This document shows, piece after piece, positions 20,701 through 31,383 of a stretch of DNA of 64,000 nucleotides (its first letter is position 1; each line of letters opens with the position of its first letter). The DNA is taken from the NCBI GenBank assembly GCA_963666425.2, contig OY762825.2, positions 2,432,001 through 2,496,000 on the forward strand, read 5' to 3'. The notes under the pieces are model-generated. The model was not told the origin of the DNA, made no database searches, and saw nothing but the letters and a program-made list of their open reading frames with translations. The position numbers were made by a program, and so were the translations under genes. Source of the DNA: Bacillota bacterium (lineage in GTDB: Bacteria > Bacillota > JAAYKD01).

Positions 20701-23700
20701 TTACTCAATTAGTGCTGACGCAGCTACCACCGCCGATATCACGAAAAAAGTGTTGAATTTCAGCTTGTTTACGGCAGCCGATAAAGTATATGACGGAAAT
20801 GCTGCTGTGAACGGAACCGGATTTACTGATGATCGGATCGCAGGAGATAATCTCGTCTTTTCTTATGAGGCTGCCTTTGATAACAAAAATGTAGCGAGTA
20901 ATAAGACGGTCTCTTATACGAACATTAGCTTATCGGGAGGCACCGACCAACTCAACTATACTTTGGCAAGCCAGACTGGTACCTCTAGCGCCAGCGTAAC
21001 CGCGAAACCGCTTACTGCCACCGCGACTGCTTTGGATAAAGTTTATGATGGTGTGATGGCTGCTTCGGGAACGATCAATTTGGCCGGAAGTGTTCTTGGC
21101 GATGACGTCACTGCAAGCGGGAGTTTTACCTTCGTTGATAAAAATGTTGGTAATACCAAGACAGTAAATATCAGCGCAATTTCGTTATTAGGCAATGATG
21201 CAGGAAATTATACCGTTAATGCTACAGCGACCACAAATGCGTCAATTACCAAACGAACTCTGACGATGACGGCCGAGAATAAGAGTAAATTATATAAAGA
21301 ACCGTTTGATCCTGCATTTACGATTGCTTGGAACGGATTCCAGAATAATGAAACTGTTGCAGTCCTTGGTGGCACTTACACCATCTTCCGTGAAGTTGGA
21401 GAAGAAGCAGGAAACTATGATATCTGGATTATCAGTTCTTTAACTTCCAGCAACTATAACATCGTAAAAGAAGATGGAAATACCGTAACGGATAATACAT
21501 ACGGTACTTTTACCATTGAAAAACGCGTATTAACGGTCATCGCCGATTCCAAGACTAAGGTATATGGTTCGGCCGACCCGGCTCTGACCTACAGTATTGA
21601 TGGATTTGTGGATGGAGAGACCAGCGCTCTCGTTACGGGAGCATTGAGTCGGAGCAGTGGCAATAATGTTGCCGTATATGAGATTTCTCTCAACAACCTA
21701 TCAGCTGGGAATAATTACACTATTGATTATACCGGAGCTAGTTTATCGATTACCAAAGCCAGCCTCACCGTCACCGCCGATGCTAAGAGTAAAGTCTACG
21801 GCGCTGTAGAACCGGTTCTTAGCTACACTCCGAGCGGTACACTTTACTACACCGATAGCTACAACGTTATCACCGGAGTGAACCTCAGCACCGCGACTGG
21901 AGCTGCTGCCACAACGGGTGATCATACGATTACGATTAGTGCAGGCACAGCCGCGAACTACAACATCACACATGTCAACGGTACTCTCAGCGTAGCAAAA
22001 GCAGAATTGACCGTCACTGCCGATGCCAAGAGTAAAGTCTACGGTGCAAGTGAACCGATTCTCGGCTACACTTCGAGCGGCACTCTTTACTACACCGATG
22101 GTTACGACGTAATCACCGGAGTAACTCTCAGCACCGCGACCGGAGCTGCTGCCACTGCAGGTGATCATACAATTACGATTAGTGGAGGCACAGCGGACAA
22201 CTACAACATCACGCATGTCAACGGCATACTCAGCGTAGCGAAAGCGGAATTGACCGTCACCGCCGACAATAAGAGCAAAGTCTATGGCGCTGTTGAACCG
22301 ATTCTCGGCTACACTCCGAGCGGCACTCTTTACTACACCGATGGTTACAACGTTATCACCGGAGTGAACCTCAGCACCGATAGCGGAGCTGCTGCCACTG
22401 CAGGTAACCACACGATTACCATCCTTGGCGGCACAGCCGCGAACTACAACGTCACGCATGTCAACGGCACACTCAGCGTAGCGAAAGCGGAATTGACCGT
22501 TACCGCCGACAATAAGAGCAAAGTCTATGGTGCAAGTGAACCGATTCTCGGCTACACTCCGAGCGGCACTCTTTACTACACCGATGGTTACAACGTAATC
22601 ACCGGAGTAAACCTCAGCACCGCGACTGGAGCTGCTGCCACTGCAGGTGATCATACGATTACCATCCTTGGAGGCACAGCCGCCAATTACAACATCACGC
22701 ATGTCAACGGTACTCTCAGCGTAGCGAAAGCAGAATTGACCGTCACCGCCGATGCCAAGAGTAAAGTCTACGGCGCTGTTGAACCGATTCTCACCTACAC
22801 CCCGAGCGGCACTCTTTACTACACCGATGGCTACAACGTTATCACCGGAGTGACTCTCAGCACCGCGACCGGAGCTGTTGCCACAACTGGTGATCATACG
22901 ATCAGCATCAGCAGCGGCACAGCCGCCAATTACAACATCACACATGTCGACAGCACTCTTAGCGTAGCGAAAGCAGAATTGACCGTCACCGCCGATGCTA
23001 AGAGCAAAGTTTATGGCGCTGTTGAACCGGTTCTCGGCTATACCCCGAGCGGCACTCTTTACTACACCGATGGCTACAACGTAATCACCGGAGTAACTCT
23101 CAGCACCGCAACCGGAGCTGCTGCCACTGCAGGTGATCATACGATTACCCTCCTTGGAGGAACAGCCGCGAACTACAACATCACGCATGTCAACGGTACT
23201 CTCAGCGTAGCAAAAGCGGAATTGACCGTCACCGCCGACAATAAGAGCAAAGTCTACGGCGCTGTTGAACCGATTCTCGGCTACACTCCGAGCGGCACTC
23301 TTTACTACACCGATGGTTACAACGTAATCACCGGTGTGACCCTCAATACCGATAGCGGAGCTGCTGCTACGGCAGGTAACCACACGATTACCATCCTTGG
23401 CGGCACAGCCGCGAACTACAACATCACACATGTCAACGGTACTCTCAGCGTAGCGAAAGCAGAATTGACCGTCACCGCAGACGACGATAGCAAAGTCTAC
23501 GGCGCTGTTGAACCGGTTCTCGGCTACACCCCGAGCGGCACTCTTTACTACACCGATAGCTACAACGTAATCACCGGGGTGACTCTCAGCACCGCGACCG
23601 GAGCTGCTGCCACTGCAGGCGATCATACGATTACTATCCTTGGAGGCACAGCCGCGAACTACAACATCACACATGTCAACGGCATACTCAGCGTAGCGAA

Positions 23701-26700
23701 AGCAGAATTGACCATCACCGCAGACGACGATAGCAAAGTCTATGGTGCAAGTGAACCGATTCTCACCTACACCCCGAGCGGCACTCTTTACTACACCGAT
23801 GGTTATAACGTTATCACCGGAGTGAACCTTAGCACCGCGATCGGAGCTGCTGCCACAACTGGTGATCATACGATTACTATCCTTGGCGGCACAGCTAGTA
23901 ATTACAACGTCACGCATGTCAACGGCACGCTCAGCGTAACGAAAGCGGAATTGACCGTCACCGCCGATGCCAAGAGTAAAGTCTACGGTGCAAGTGAACC
24001 GATTCTCACCTACACCCCGAGCGGTACTCTTTACTACACCGATGGCTACAACGTTATCACTGGAGTAACTCTCAGCACCGCGACCGGAGCTGCTGCCACT
24101 GCAGGTGATCATACGATTACGATCAGCGAAGGCACAGCCGCCAATTACAACATCACGCATGTCAACGGTAATCTCAGTGTAGCAAAAGCGGAATTGATTG
24201 TCACCGCCGATGCCAAGAGTAAAGTCTACGGTGCAAGTGAACCGATTCTCACCTACACCCCGAGCGGTACTCTTTACTACACCGATGGCTACAACGTTAT
24301 CACCGGAGTGACTCTCAGCACCGCAACCGGAGCTGCTGCCACTGCAGGCGATCATACAATTACGATTAGTGGAGGCACAGCGGACAACTACAACATCACG
24401 CATGTCAACGGCACTCTCAGCGTAGCGAAAGCGGAATTGACCGTCACCGCCGATGCTAAGAGCAAAGTCTACGGCGCTGTTGAACCGATTCTCGGCTACA
24501 CTCCGAGCGGCACTCTTTACTACACCGATGGTTACAACGTTATCACCGGAGTGAACCTTAGCACCGCGATCGGAGCTGCTGCCACTGCAGGTAACCACAC
24601 GATTACCATTCTTGGAGGCACAGCCGCGAACTACAACATCACGCATGTCAACGGTACTCTCAGCGTAGCAAAAGCGGAATTGACCGTCACCGCCGACAAT
24701 AAGAGTAAAGTCTACGGTGCGGATGAACCGATTCTTGGCTACACTCCGAGCGGCACTCTTTACTACACCGATGGTTACAACGTAATCACCGGAGTGAACC
24801 TCAGCACCGCGACTGGAGCTGCTGCCACTGCAGGCGATCATACGATTACCATCCTTGGCGGCACAGCCGCGAACTACAACGTCACGCATGTCAACGGCAC
24901 ACTCAGCGTAGCGAAAGCAGAATTGACCGTCACCGCCGACAATAAGAGCAAAGTCTACGGCGCTGTTGAACCGATTCTCGGCTACACTCCGAGCGGCACT
25001 CTTTACTACACCGATGGCTACAACGTAATCACCGGAGTAACTCTCAGCACCGCGACCGGAGCTGCTGCCACTGCAGGTGATCATACGATTACCATCCTTG
25101 GAGGCACAGCCGCGAACTACAACGTCACGCATGTCAACGGCACTCTCATCGTAGCGAAAGCAGAATTGACCGTCACCGCCGATGCCAAGAGTAAAGTCTA
25201 CGGCGCTGTTGAACCGATTCTCGGCTACACTCCGAGCGGCACTCTTTACTACAGCGATGGCTACAACGTTATCACCGGAGTGACCCTCAATACCGATAGC
25301 GGAGCTGCTGCAACGGCAGGAAACCACACGATTACTATCCTTGGCGGCACAGCTAGTAATTACAACATCACGCTTGTCAACGGCACTCTCAGCGTAGCGA
25401 AGGCAGAATTGACCGTCACCGCCGACAATAAGAGCAAAGTCTACGGCGCTGTTGAACCGGTTCTCGGCTACACCCCGAGCGGCACTCTTTACTACACCGA
25501 TGGCTACAACGTTATCACCGGAGTAACTCTCAGCACCGCGACCGGAGCTGCTGCCACAACCGGTGATCATACGATCAGCATCAGCAGCGGCACAGCCACG
25601 AACTACAACATCACACATGTCAACGGCATACTCAGCGTAGCGAAAGCGGAATTGACCGTCACCGCCGACAATAAGAGCAAAGTCTACGGCGCTGTTGAAC
25701 CGATTCTCACCTACACCCCGAGCGGCACTCTTTACTACAGCGATGGTTTCAACGTTATCACCGGAGTAACTCTCAGCACCGCGATCGGAGCTGCTGCCAC
25801 TGCAGGTGATCATACGATTACCATCCTTGGAGGCACAGCCGCGAACTACAACGTCACGCATGTTAACGGCGTACTCAGCGTAGCGAAAGCAGAATTGACC
25901 GTCACCGCCGATACTAAGAGTAAAGTCTACGGTGCGGATGAACCGATTCTTGGCTACACTCCGAGCGGCACTCTTTACTACACCGATGGTTACAACGTTA
26001 TCACCGGGGTGACTCTCAGCACCGCGACCGGAGCTGCTGCCACAACTGGTGATCATACGATCAGCATCAGCGGCGGCACAGCCGCGAACTACAACGTCAC
26101 GCATGTCAACGGTACTCTCGGCGTAGCAAAAGCTAACCTTTCCGCGACGGTGGAAAATTACAGTAAGGTCTATGGCGAGGAAAACCCAAGCTTTAGTGTA
26201 ACAGTCGTTGGTTTTGTCTATGGAGAAACTGCTCTGACAGCCGCGGGTTATGTTGCACCGAGCGCCGGCACAACAGCGACAGTCTCGACAAGCGTGGGAA
26301 CACCTGCGATTATCATCACTGGCGGCAGCGCTGCCAATTATACCTTTAACAACTCTGATACCGGAACACTTACCATCACCCCGAGACTGCTGACCATTGC
26401 AGCAGATTATAAATCCAAGATCATCGGGGCAACAGACCCCGCCTTGACCTATCGTTTGAAATCCGGACAATTGTATGCTGCGGATGCAATCAGCGGTCAG
26501 CTTCAAAGAGAAGCAGGGGATGACATTGGAGCTTATGAAATTCAGCAAGGTACATTAACGGCAGGATCAAATTACCAAATCACCTATGTTTCTGCAAAAC
26601 TCTATATTGCCGCTGTTGAAGCAGAGCCAAAACCGCCTGCTAATACTGAAGTAATTGTTATTATCAATGGCGAAGAACAGAATTCAGGAACAGAAACGAC

Positions 26701-27922
26701 AAATACAACACAAGGAATCACGAAGACGACTCTTGTTGTAGAACAAGAATCAGTCAATCAACGAATTGATGAAATCCTGGCCAATGCACAAAGCGAAGAA
26801 AATACAATTGAAGTAATTGTGTCTGAAGAAAAGGCAGATCAAATCAGCACGATTTTAACCGGGGATACCGTGAAAAGATTGGAAGACGAGGAATTCGAGT
26901 TCAAGATCACGACAAATGATATTCAATATATCATTGGAGCATCAGAACTTTCAATCGAAAATACGGCTGAACAATTAGGTGTCGATGCTTCGCAATTGCA
27001 GGATATTCAGGTTAATATCCAAATCAACAAAATTGATGCAGTGAAAGCGCAAGAGATTCGCGAAAATGCACAATTACAAGATTATGAAGTATTGTTTGAA
27101 CCGGTAGAATTTTTCATTACTGCAGAGACGACGAATCTGTCTGGTCAAGTCAGCAGCGTCAACATAACAACCTTTAACAACTATGTAGAACGTATCATGG
27201 AAATTCCGGCAGATGTGGATCCAACTAAGATTACTACCGGAATCGTCTATAACACAGATGGAACCTTCAGTCATATTCCTACCGCGGTGTTCAAGGCAAA
27301 TGGCAGATGGTTTGCCAGATTGAATTCGCTGACCAACTCTGTCTACTCTGTCATCTGGAACCCAATTACAGTTGCTTCAGTGGAGAATCATTGGTCGAAA
27401 GAGATTGTCAATGATATGGCCTCCAGGCTGATCATTGGTAACCCAACTACTTTCACTCCGGATGGGTACATTACCAGAGGCGAATTTGCCGAGTATATTA
27501 CCAAAGCCTTAGGCCTTTACAGAACCGGAGTCGCAAAAGCTGGTCTGTTCAATGATGTGACGAAACAAAACACGCTGGCAGATGCTATTACCATTGCTTC
27601 AACCTATGGTATCATTTACGGCTATCCCGATGGAAGTTTCCGATCTGATGCTCTCATTTCAAGAACGGAAGCGATGGTCATGTATGCAAACGCCATGCAT
27701 GTTGCCGGACTGATCAAAGATGTTGATAACAAAATTGATTCCTACGAGGATAAGGATCTGGTTGCTGACTGGGCTTATGCAGATGTTCAAAAAGTAGTCA
27801 GCGCCGGTATTTTCAATGGTGTTACTCCAACGATGATCGCTCCGCTCAAAACCTTTACTTATGCTGAAGCAGCAACTGCTATTCAGAATCTTTTAATCGA
27901 AACCTTGTTAATTGATGACTAG
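17711..27922 (+). CDS. Giant SLH-anchored surface protein with YDG- and MBG-type repeats (3403 aa)
   Basis: Sec signal peptide; several K.YDG domains; K.KVYG..DP (MBG-like) domains; 18 near-identical 81-aa repeats; C-terminal SLH motifs (HWSK, ITRGEFA, GYPDGSF...ISRTEA, WAY...GIFNG). Confidence 0.88.
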   Translation: MKRKIVRKILVLSMVLSLVSILFSMNVFATDAVTTDTATKDVFLNTDSESGYSATELSNAVESEYTRLGGTASDLRIATNSTEINTTDLSSWYVYDHYDTAYWGTPAAWQTAMKLSSLTDPKRPYQSYSESSGSVTSLKTWIDNNSSLSSTQKFDQHIYSGINANGAFMTFVGYGSPAYTDYLFYPDTLAGTKTVTYTIDSANVNTHTLTSAGFLINTGIDGSGNIKGYILYYKYSAPTVYTLSLYPIKDNVKATDLAAGLGVGVWDMVTYLPSTVSSVFCDAAVGGAVTGSLTTSTITDVVLTITPTSVKVEQKASGTGDPTFSETWSLTPTGFNGFGPYVEYSSHGCSQLTSYKFSNLKMSSATAATASVSALAALRNSDYLIRPGVHKYFVNILGASSSYDLTKDANYLSLVQNKSIDLFTNKSVSAISAQLPAYYVDTSNTTLSTLATSIANYLLGINSGTTDSDPEPPVLADIVANFSLFSEGIQVTNIMHELIPAEGVSIDVVNATQAPSGVTLGTPTYKLTSPSGAETTLAAIPFTVTNNDSSWPAGRYKVTMDYGGTSIPAEANFYILADTTVPSVVAVKNGNAIDFTFTNTASPAGNTYTSNLVSYVIENTSTTATPTSTWANQVAIVNNATSATEPITQAGYMHILVKDEAGNIGHTSIEITQIFPTITAPVAANIYYGQALSDSALTGGVATYSGNPVAGSFAWVTPTVKPGLGATSHQVRFTPTSSTYATITMDVSVTVEKRALNISTFSANSKTYDASTVATADPDTWSTDAINGDVPKFTYTAAFDTATNGTNKVVSFSNLALTADAVNANYTLVTTTGSTTANISKRPLTITLQDKQKVYGQLDPVFTVTYNSSADGGMGFAGTENANTLGYVVLYRLSGNDVGFYPIRFQIFNETVHNYVFTIVDGTFEIKAKPLTIASVTAEDKLYDGNTSTSGTITVSGAEGTDEVFASGSFAFINKHAGEDKTVNASSITLTGAAAHNYSISADAATTADITKKVLNFSLFTAADKVYDGNAAVNGTGFTDDRIAGDNLVFSYEAAFDNKNVASNKTVSYTNISLSGGTDQLNYTLASQTGTSSASVTAKPLTATATALDKVYDGVMAASGTINLAGSVLGDDVTASGSFTFVDKNVGNTKTVNISAISLLGNDAGNYTVNATATTNASITKRTLTMTAENKSKLYKEPFDPAFTIAWNGFQNNETVAVLGGTYTIFREVGEEAGNYDIWIISSLTSSNYNIVKEDGNTVTDNTYGTFTIEKRVLTVIADSKTKVYGSADPALTYSIDGFVDGETSALVTGALSRSSGNNVAVYEISLNNLSAGNNYTIDYTGASLSITKASLTVTADAKSKVYGAVEPVLSYTPSGTLYYTDSYNVITGVNLSTATGAAATTGDHTITISAGTAANYNITHVNGTLSVAKAELTVTADAKSKVYGASEPILGYTSSGTLYYTDGYDVITGVTLSTATGAAATAGDHTITISGGTADNYNITHVNGILSVAKAELTVTADNKSKVYGAVEPILGYTPSGTLYYTDGYNVITGVNLSTDSGAAATAGNHTITILGGTAANYNVTHVNGTLSVAKAELTVTADNKSKVYGASEPILGYTPSGTLYYTDGYNVITGVNLSTATGAAATAGDHTITILGGTAANYNITHVNGTLSVAKAELTVTADAKSKVYGAVEPILTYTPSGTLYYTDGYNVITGVTLSTATGAVATTGDHTISISSGTAANYNITHVDSTLSVAKAELTVTADAKSKVYGAVEPVLGYTPSGTLYYTDGYNVITGVTLSTATGAAATAGDHTITLLGGTAANYNITHVNGTLSVAKAELTVTADNKSKVYGAVEPILGYTPSGTLYYTDGYNVITGVTLNTDSGAAATAGNHTITILGGTAANYNITHVNGTLSVAKAELTVTADDDSKVYGAVEPVLGYTPSGTLYYTDSYNVITGVTLSTATGAAATAGDHTITILGGTAANYNITHVNGILSVAKAELTITADDDSKVYGASEPILTYTPSGTLYYTDGYNVITGVNLSTAIGAAATTGDHTITILGGTASNYNVTHVNGTLSVTKAELTVTADAKSKVYGASEPILTYTPSGTLYYTDGYNVITGVTLSTATGAAATAGDHTITISEGTAANYNITHVNGNLSVAKAELIVTADAKSKVYGASEPILTYTPSGTLYYTDGYNVITGVTLSTATGAAATAGDHTITISGGTADNYNITHVNGTLSVAKAELTVTADAKSKVYGAVEPILGYTPSGTLYYTDGYNVITGVNLSTAIGAAATAGNHTITILGGTAANYNITHVNGTLSVAKAELTVTADNKSKVYGADEPILGYTPSGTLYYTDGYNVITGVNLSTATGAAATAGDHTITILGGTAANYNVTHVNGTLSVAKAELTVTADNKSKVYGAVEPILGYTPSGTLYYTDGYNVITGVTLSTATGAAATAGDHTITILGGTAANYNVTHVNGTLIVAKAELTVTADAKSKVYGAVEPILGYTPSGTLYYSDGYNVITGVTLNTDSGAAATAGNHTITILGGTASNYNITLVNGTLSVAKAELTVTADNKSKVYGAVEPVLGYTPSGTLYYTDGYNVITGVTLSTATGAAATTGDHTISISSGTATNYNITHVNGILSVAKAELTVTADNKSKVYGAVEPILTYTPSGTLYYSDGFNVITGVTLSTAIGAAATAGDHTITILGGTAANYNVTHVNGVLSVAKAELTVTADTKSKVYGADEPILGYTPSGTLYYTDGYNVITGVTLSTATGAAATTGDHTISISGGTAANYNVTHVNGTLGVAKANLSATVENYSKVYGEENPSFSVTVVGFVYGETALTAAGYVAPSAGTTATVSTSVGTPAIIITGGSAANYTFNNSDTGTLTITPRLLTIAADYKSKIIGATDPALTYRLKSGQLYAADAISGQLQREAGDDIGAYEIQQGTLTAGSNYQITYVSAKLYIAAVEAEPKPPANTEVIVIINGEEQNSGTETTNTTQGITKTTLVVEQESVNQRIDEILANAQSEENTIEVIVSEEKADQISTILTGDTVKRLEDEEFEFKITTNDIQYIIGASELSIENTAEQLGVDASQLQDIQVNIQINKIDAVKAQEIRENAQLQDYEVLFEPVEFFITAETTNLSGQVSSVNITTFNNYVERIMEIPADVDPTKITTGIVYNTDGTFSHIPTAVFKANGRWFARLNSLTNSVYSVIWNPITVASVENHWSKEIVNDMASRLIIGNPTTFTPDGYITRGEFAEYITKALGLYRTGVAKAGLFNDVTKQNTLADAITIASTYGIIYGYPDGSFRSDALISRTEAMVMYANAMHVAGLIKDVDNKIDSYEDKDLVADWAYADVQKVVSAGIFNGVTPTMIAPLKTFTYAEAATAIQNLLIETLLIDD
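21755..26130 (+). repeat. Intragenic tandem array, 18 x 243 bp (81 aa)
   Basis: AAAGTCTAC anchor recurs from 21791 to 25922 (4131 bp = 17 x 243); unit KVYGAVEP.L.YTPSGTLYYTD.YNVITGV...NYNITHVNGTLSVAKAELTVTAD. Confidence 0.95.
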
Positions 27923-27939
27923 AATTTAGAAATTAGCCT

Positions 27940-28004
27940 AAAAAGCTCCCCCTTTCACTGCAGATAGTAAATCTAAACTGCAAATGAAAGGGGGAGCTTT
28001 TTTT
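27940..28004. terminator. Bidirectional terminator between convergent genes
   Basis: AAAAAGCTCCCCCTTTCA...TGAAAGGGGGAGCTTTTT. Confidence 0.85.
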
Positions 28005-28029
28005 AAGTTGTAAAACAGTCAAAAGCGGG

Positions 28030-29466
28030 TTATTTGCTGGGATTGCCGCCTTGGATGAAGGTATACATGTCATCGGTCAGCGCTTGAATGTTCTTCTCAC
28101 CCAGGTAGGCCATATGTCCCGATTCGTAACCTTTGAAGTAGACGCGATCCATCGGCAAGCCGGCGTGATTCAAAGTATAATAAAGGATACCGGTCTGTGT
28201 GCAGATATCATACCAGCCATTGGCAAAGAAGGTGCGCATACCGGGAGTCCGGCGCATAGCGGCGCTGAGACTTTGTGAGGTGTTGCGGCCTTTGATTTCG
28301 TTGTTCCAATTTGCATACAGGGAATGAGAATTGACGAAATTACGATCCCATTTGATATTCAGCATCGGGAAAACTTCGCCGCAGAGCACGGATTGGAAGA
28401 AAGCGTTGTATTTCCCCTCGGCAGGGTCGTCACGAACACCCCATTGCTGTTCATCGAGCAGCGGATCATATAAAGGACGGGTGATTCTGCCGTCCAAACG
28501 AGCCACGGAACGGCCTTTCTTGCGGGCTACCTGACTGCGGTACTCAACATCTTCCACAACAAGCGCACGCTTATCTAAGTATTCGCGGGATACACCGGTA
28601 TAGTAGATGACGCGTTCGATGATATGCTCACGGGTTAATGCGTCTAAAGCTTCGCCCTGATACAGCGCCAGCAAATATTCGCTGTCGGCAAATTGTTTTG
28701 CCTCGGCAACGAATGCTTCCACAGTCTGCTCGGAAGGATGATTATGATACCAGTTGACCGCCGACAAAGTCGGGAAGGCTAAGACAGCCGGATAGACCGG
28801 GGATTTGTCACTGAAAAATTTACCAACTGTGACCGTGTTGCCAATCATAATAATGCCGTCGAAAGTAACACTGTAGGCGCGGTCGGAACCGGACAGAGAT
28901 CCCATGCCGGCAACCGTACTGGCGCGAGTGCAGCCATAACTTTCGCCGACCATATATTTGGGACTTTCCCAACGGTTGTAGCGGGCTAACCACGCTTGAA
29001 TGAAGGTGAGGATGGCTTCCGCATCCGGTTCGATCCCGTAAAATTTGTCCTTGTCCGCTTCGTTCAGCAAACGGCCAAAACCGGTACCAACCGGATCAAT
29101 CAGGACCAGATCGGCAATATCCAGCAGACACTGCGCATTATCGCAGGATTCGTAAGGCGGCAGCGGCAGACCATCTGCGTCGACTTCACCGTATTTTACC
29201 CGCTTTGTACTTAAAAATCCCACATGTACCATCATCGAAGAAGTGCCCGGACCGCCATTAAAGCCAAACAGCACCGGACGGGATTTCAAATCGGTGACAT
29301 CGGAACGGAAATACGAGTAAGAAAAGATTGATGCAATGGGTTTTCCTTCATCATCATAAAAGACGTTGTCTTCGCATACGGTATGATAAGGTACCTTCAC
29401 ACCGCGCAGCGTCAGGCTGCCTTCTGAAGTGAATGTCGAAGGGGTAAAAACATCGGTTTTCAACAT
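28030..29466 (-). CDS. Serine carboxypeptidase, family S10
   Basis: FNGGPG.SS, IDPVGTG, GESYG nucleophile, G.YD, SGHM.Y; ATG at 29466 follows AGGAGG. Confidence 0.88.
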   Translation of the reverse strand: MLKTDVFTPSTFTSEGSLTLRGVKVPYHTVCEDNVFYDDEGKPIASIFSYSYFRSDVTDLKSRPVLFGFNGGPGTSSMMVHVGFLSTKRVKYGEVDADGLPLPPYESCDNAQCLLDIADLVLIDPVGTGFGRLLNEADKDKFYGIEPDAEAILTFIQAWLARYNRWESPKYMVGESYGCTRASTVAGMGSLSGSDRAYSVTFDGIIMIGNTVTVGKFFSDKSPVYPAVLAFPTLSAVNWYHNHPSEQTVEAFVAEAKQFADSEYLLALYQGEALDALTREHIIERVIYYTGVSREYLDKRALVVEDVEYRSQVARKKGRSVARLDGRITRPLYDPLLDEQQWGVRDDPAEGKYNAFFQSVLCGEVFPMLNIKWDRNFVNSHSLYANWNNEIKGRNTSQSLSAAMRRTPGMRTFFANGWYDICTQTGILYYTLNHAGLPMDRVYFKGYESGHMAYLGEKNIQALTDDMYTFIQGGNPSK

Positions 29467-29728
29467 GAGCAGTTCCTCCTCTATCAAATTGAATCTCGTG
29501 CGGATTTGCTCCGCATTTCTTATTATAACGTTAGGCGAAGTATTTTGCAAGCTAAGTTCCGCAAGCTTAGAGAAGAATTTTCCGGATACAAAGATGGACG
29601 CCTGCACCAAATTTCAAAAAAAATGCAGCAAACTCTTGCGCTGTGGTATTTTATCGTATATGATAGATCTGGTAAATTAATCCTAGTCTATTCTGGATTG
29701 TTTTCCATGATTTGGAGGCATTAGAAAA

Positions 29729-30499
29729 ATGGCAGAATCACTCTTTCGAGACGATCCTTTAAAAACCGCATCGATTGGTAAGGAGACTCCAGAAGCTAGC
29801 CTTCCTTTCAAGCGGGTCCCGTTTTTCATGTGGTATAACAGAGAATTTGAAGCTTACCTTGCAGAAATGAGCAGCCGGGGTTTTTTTTTGAAGCAAGACA
29901 ATGAGCGCAGAAGCAAATTCGAATGGGAACTAGGTGAAGCGCAGCAATGCGTTTACCGCCTGCTGCTGGCTGCTCCTAAACTGGAGATTTCCCTGATAGA
30001 AACGCTGCAAGCGAGTGGTTGGAGATTGGCCTATACGGAAAAAAACCAAACATTCAGAAAGAATATTGCGTTTCATATCTTTATCAATGCGGACCTTAAT
30101 GCAAGCGATCAGTTTTTTTGGGAAAACAACAAAAAAACGGCTGCTTTGCTGAACCCATTCAAGGAGTCTTTGCTTAATCTCATAAAGGTGATTGGAGGAA
30201 TTGGGCTGCTCATTTGTTTGCTTAATTTGCTTAATGGAATTTATATCGATAATTTTCATTTCATCTCGACCTTTGTGTACTGCGTAGCGATGATTATTTC
30301 TGACGGTCTTTGGCAATACCGTTTTTACAAGGCAGAAGTTTATTTTGTCCGAATCCATCTCGAGGAAAGGCAAACAGAGGAAAATGGAATTTCCGATTGG
30401 CGAAAGGTAAAAAGCAGAGAAGACCGGCAGCTCTGGCTGAGAGTTGCAGTCGGGGTATTGGGGGCAGCCATCGTTTTTGTCCTAGCGGAATTCTTATAG
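29729..30499 (+). CDS. DUF2812-like membrane protein
   Basis: E.YL.EMS.RG..L, YRL and GW motifs followed by TM helices. Confidence 0.6.
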   Translation: MAESLFRDDPLKTASIGKETPEASLPFKRVPFFMWYNREFEAYLAEMSSRGFFLKQDNERRSKFEWELGEAQQCVYRLLLAAPKLEISLIETLQASGWRLAYTEKNQTFRKNIAFHIFINADLNASDQFFWENNKKTAALLNPFKESLLNLIKVIGGIGLLICLLNLLNGIYIDNFHFISTFVYCVAMIISDGLWQYRFYKAEVYFVRIHLEERQTEENGISDWRKVKSREDRQLWLRVAVGVLGAAIVFVLAEFL

Positions 30500-30720
30500 T
30501 TTCCCATTATCAAAATAGCAGCACAAGAAATGCTTACCGCCTTGGCATGAACAGACAGTAAGCTTTTTTTGTTTCGTCTTAATTCTGAACAACTCTTTTC
30601 ACCAGGTTAATCAAAGACAAAAGGAAATATCCCTACTGCTATAGAACAATTGAGCGGAAGAGAAGGCGGCAGCTAACATTCGCTATCACACTCAATCAAT
30701 CGAATATCGGAGGGAACCGG

Positions 30721-31281
30721 ATGAGTGAAATTTATCAGTTTCAAAATAAAAGTCCTGTCATCCATCAAAATACCATGCTCGCTCCCGGCGCGAAGATCAT
30801 CGGTGAGGTAACCTTAGCGGAAGGCGTCAGTGTTTGGTATAATGCGGTCCTGCGTGCCGATGTCAATCCAATTCGCATCGGTAAGTTCAGCAACATTCAG
30901 GACAACAGCACCGTCCACGAAGACAGCGGGGAAGGCAGCGGCTTAGCGCAGGGGCTGCCAACAATTTTAGGCGAGTACGTGACCGTAGGCCATGGCTGTA
31001 TTCTGCATGCCTGCCTGATCGAAGACTACTGCTTGATCGGCATGGGCGCGGTCATCCTGGATGGCGCCGTGATTGGCAAGGGGTCGATCGTCGGCGCAGG
31101 CGCTGTGGTAACCAAAGGAACTGTGATCCCGCCTTTTTCTGTCGTTCTGGGTATGCCGGCAAAAGTAGTGAAAACGCTGCCGGAAGAGTCAATTAGCGCC
31201 AGAATAGAACACGCTAGACATTATTATCAGCTGGCAATGGCGCATAAAGAAAGCAATGGGATGATTCTTAAAAAACTGTAG
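30721..31281 (+). CDS. Gamma carbonic anhydrase-family protein
   Basis: Hexapeptide repeats; LRAD, NIQDN..VH, VTVGH..ILH. Confidence 0.9.
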   Translation: MSEIYQFQNKSPVIHQNTMLAPGAKIIGEVTLAEGVSVWYNAVLRADVNPIRIGKFSNIQDNSTVHEDSGEGSGLAQGLPTILGEYVTVGHGCILHACLIEDYCLIGMGAVILDGAVIGKGSIVGAGAVVTKGTVIPPFSVVLGMPAKVVKTLPEESISARIEHARHYYQLAMAHKESNGMILKKL

Positions 31282-31383
31282 AGCATTTTTTCGGCACTTT
31301 TTTGTCGGAGCGTTTATCTGAAGGGTCTGATCTCGATTTTCTAAAATCCCAGCATTGCTGCATATCCAGAAAGAAGGTCTTTT

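Noticed and set aside
21743-26548. 1601-aa antisense ORF
   Set aside because: Shadow of the repeat array: one stop-free antisense unit multiplied 18 times; no RBS or protein-like composition.
17711-27922. Diversity-generating retroelement or invertible shufflon acting on the repeats
   Set aside because: No reverse transcriptase or recombinase in the window; the variation is not adenine-specific and the repeats are all direct.
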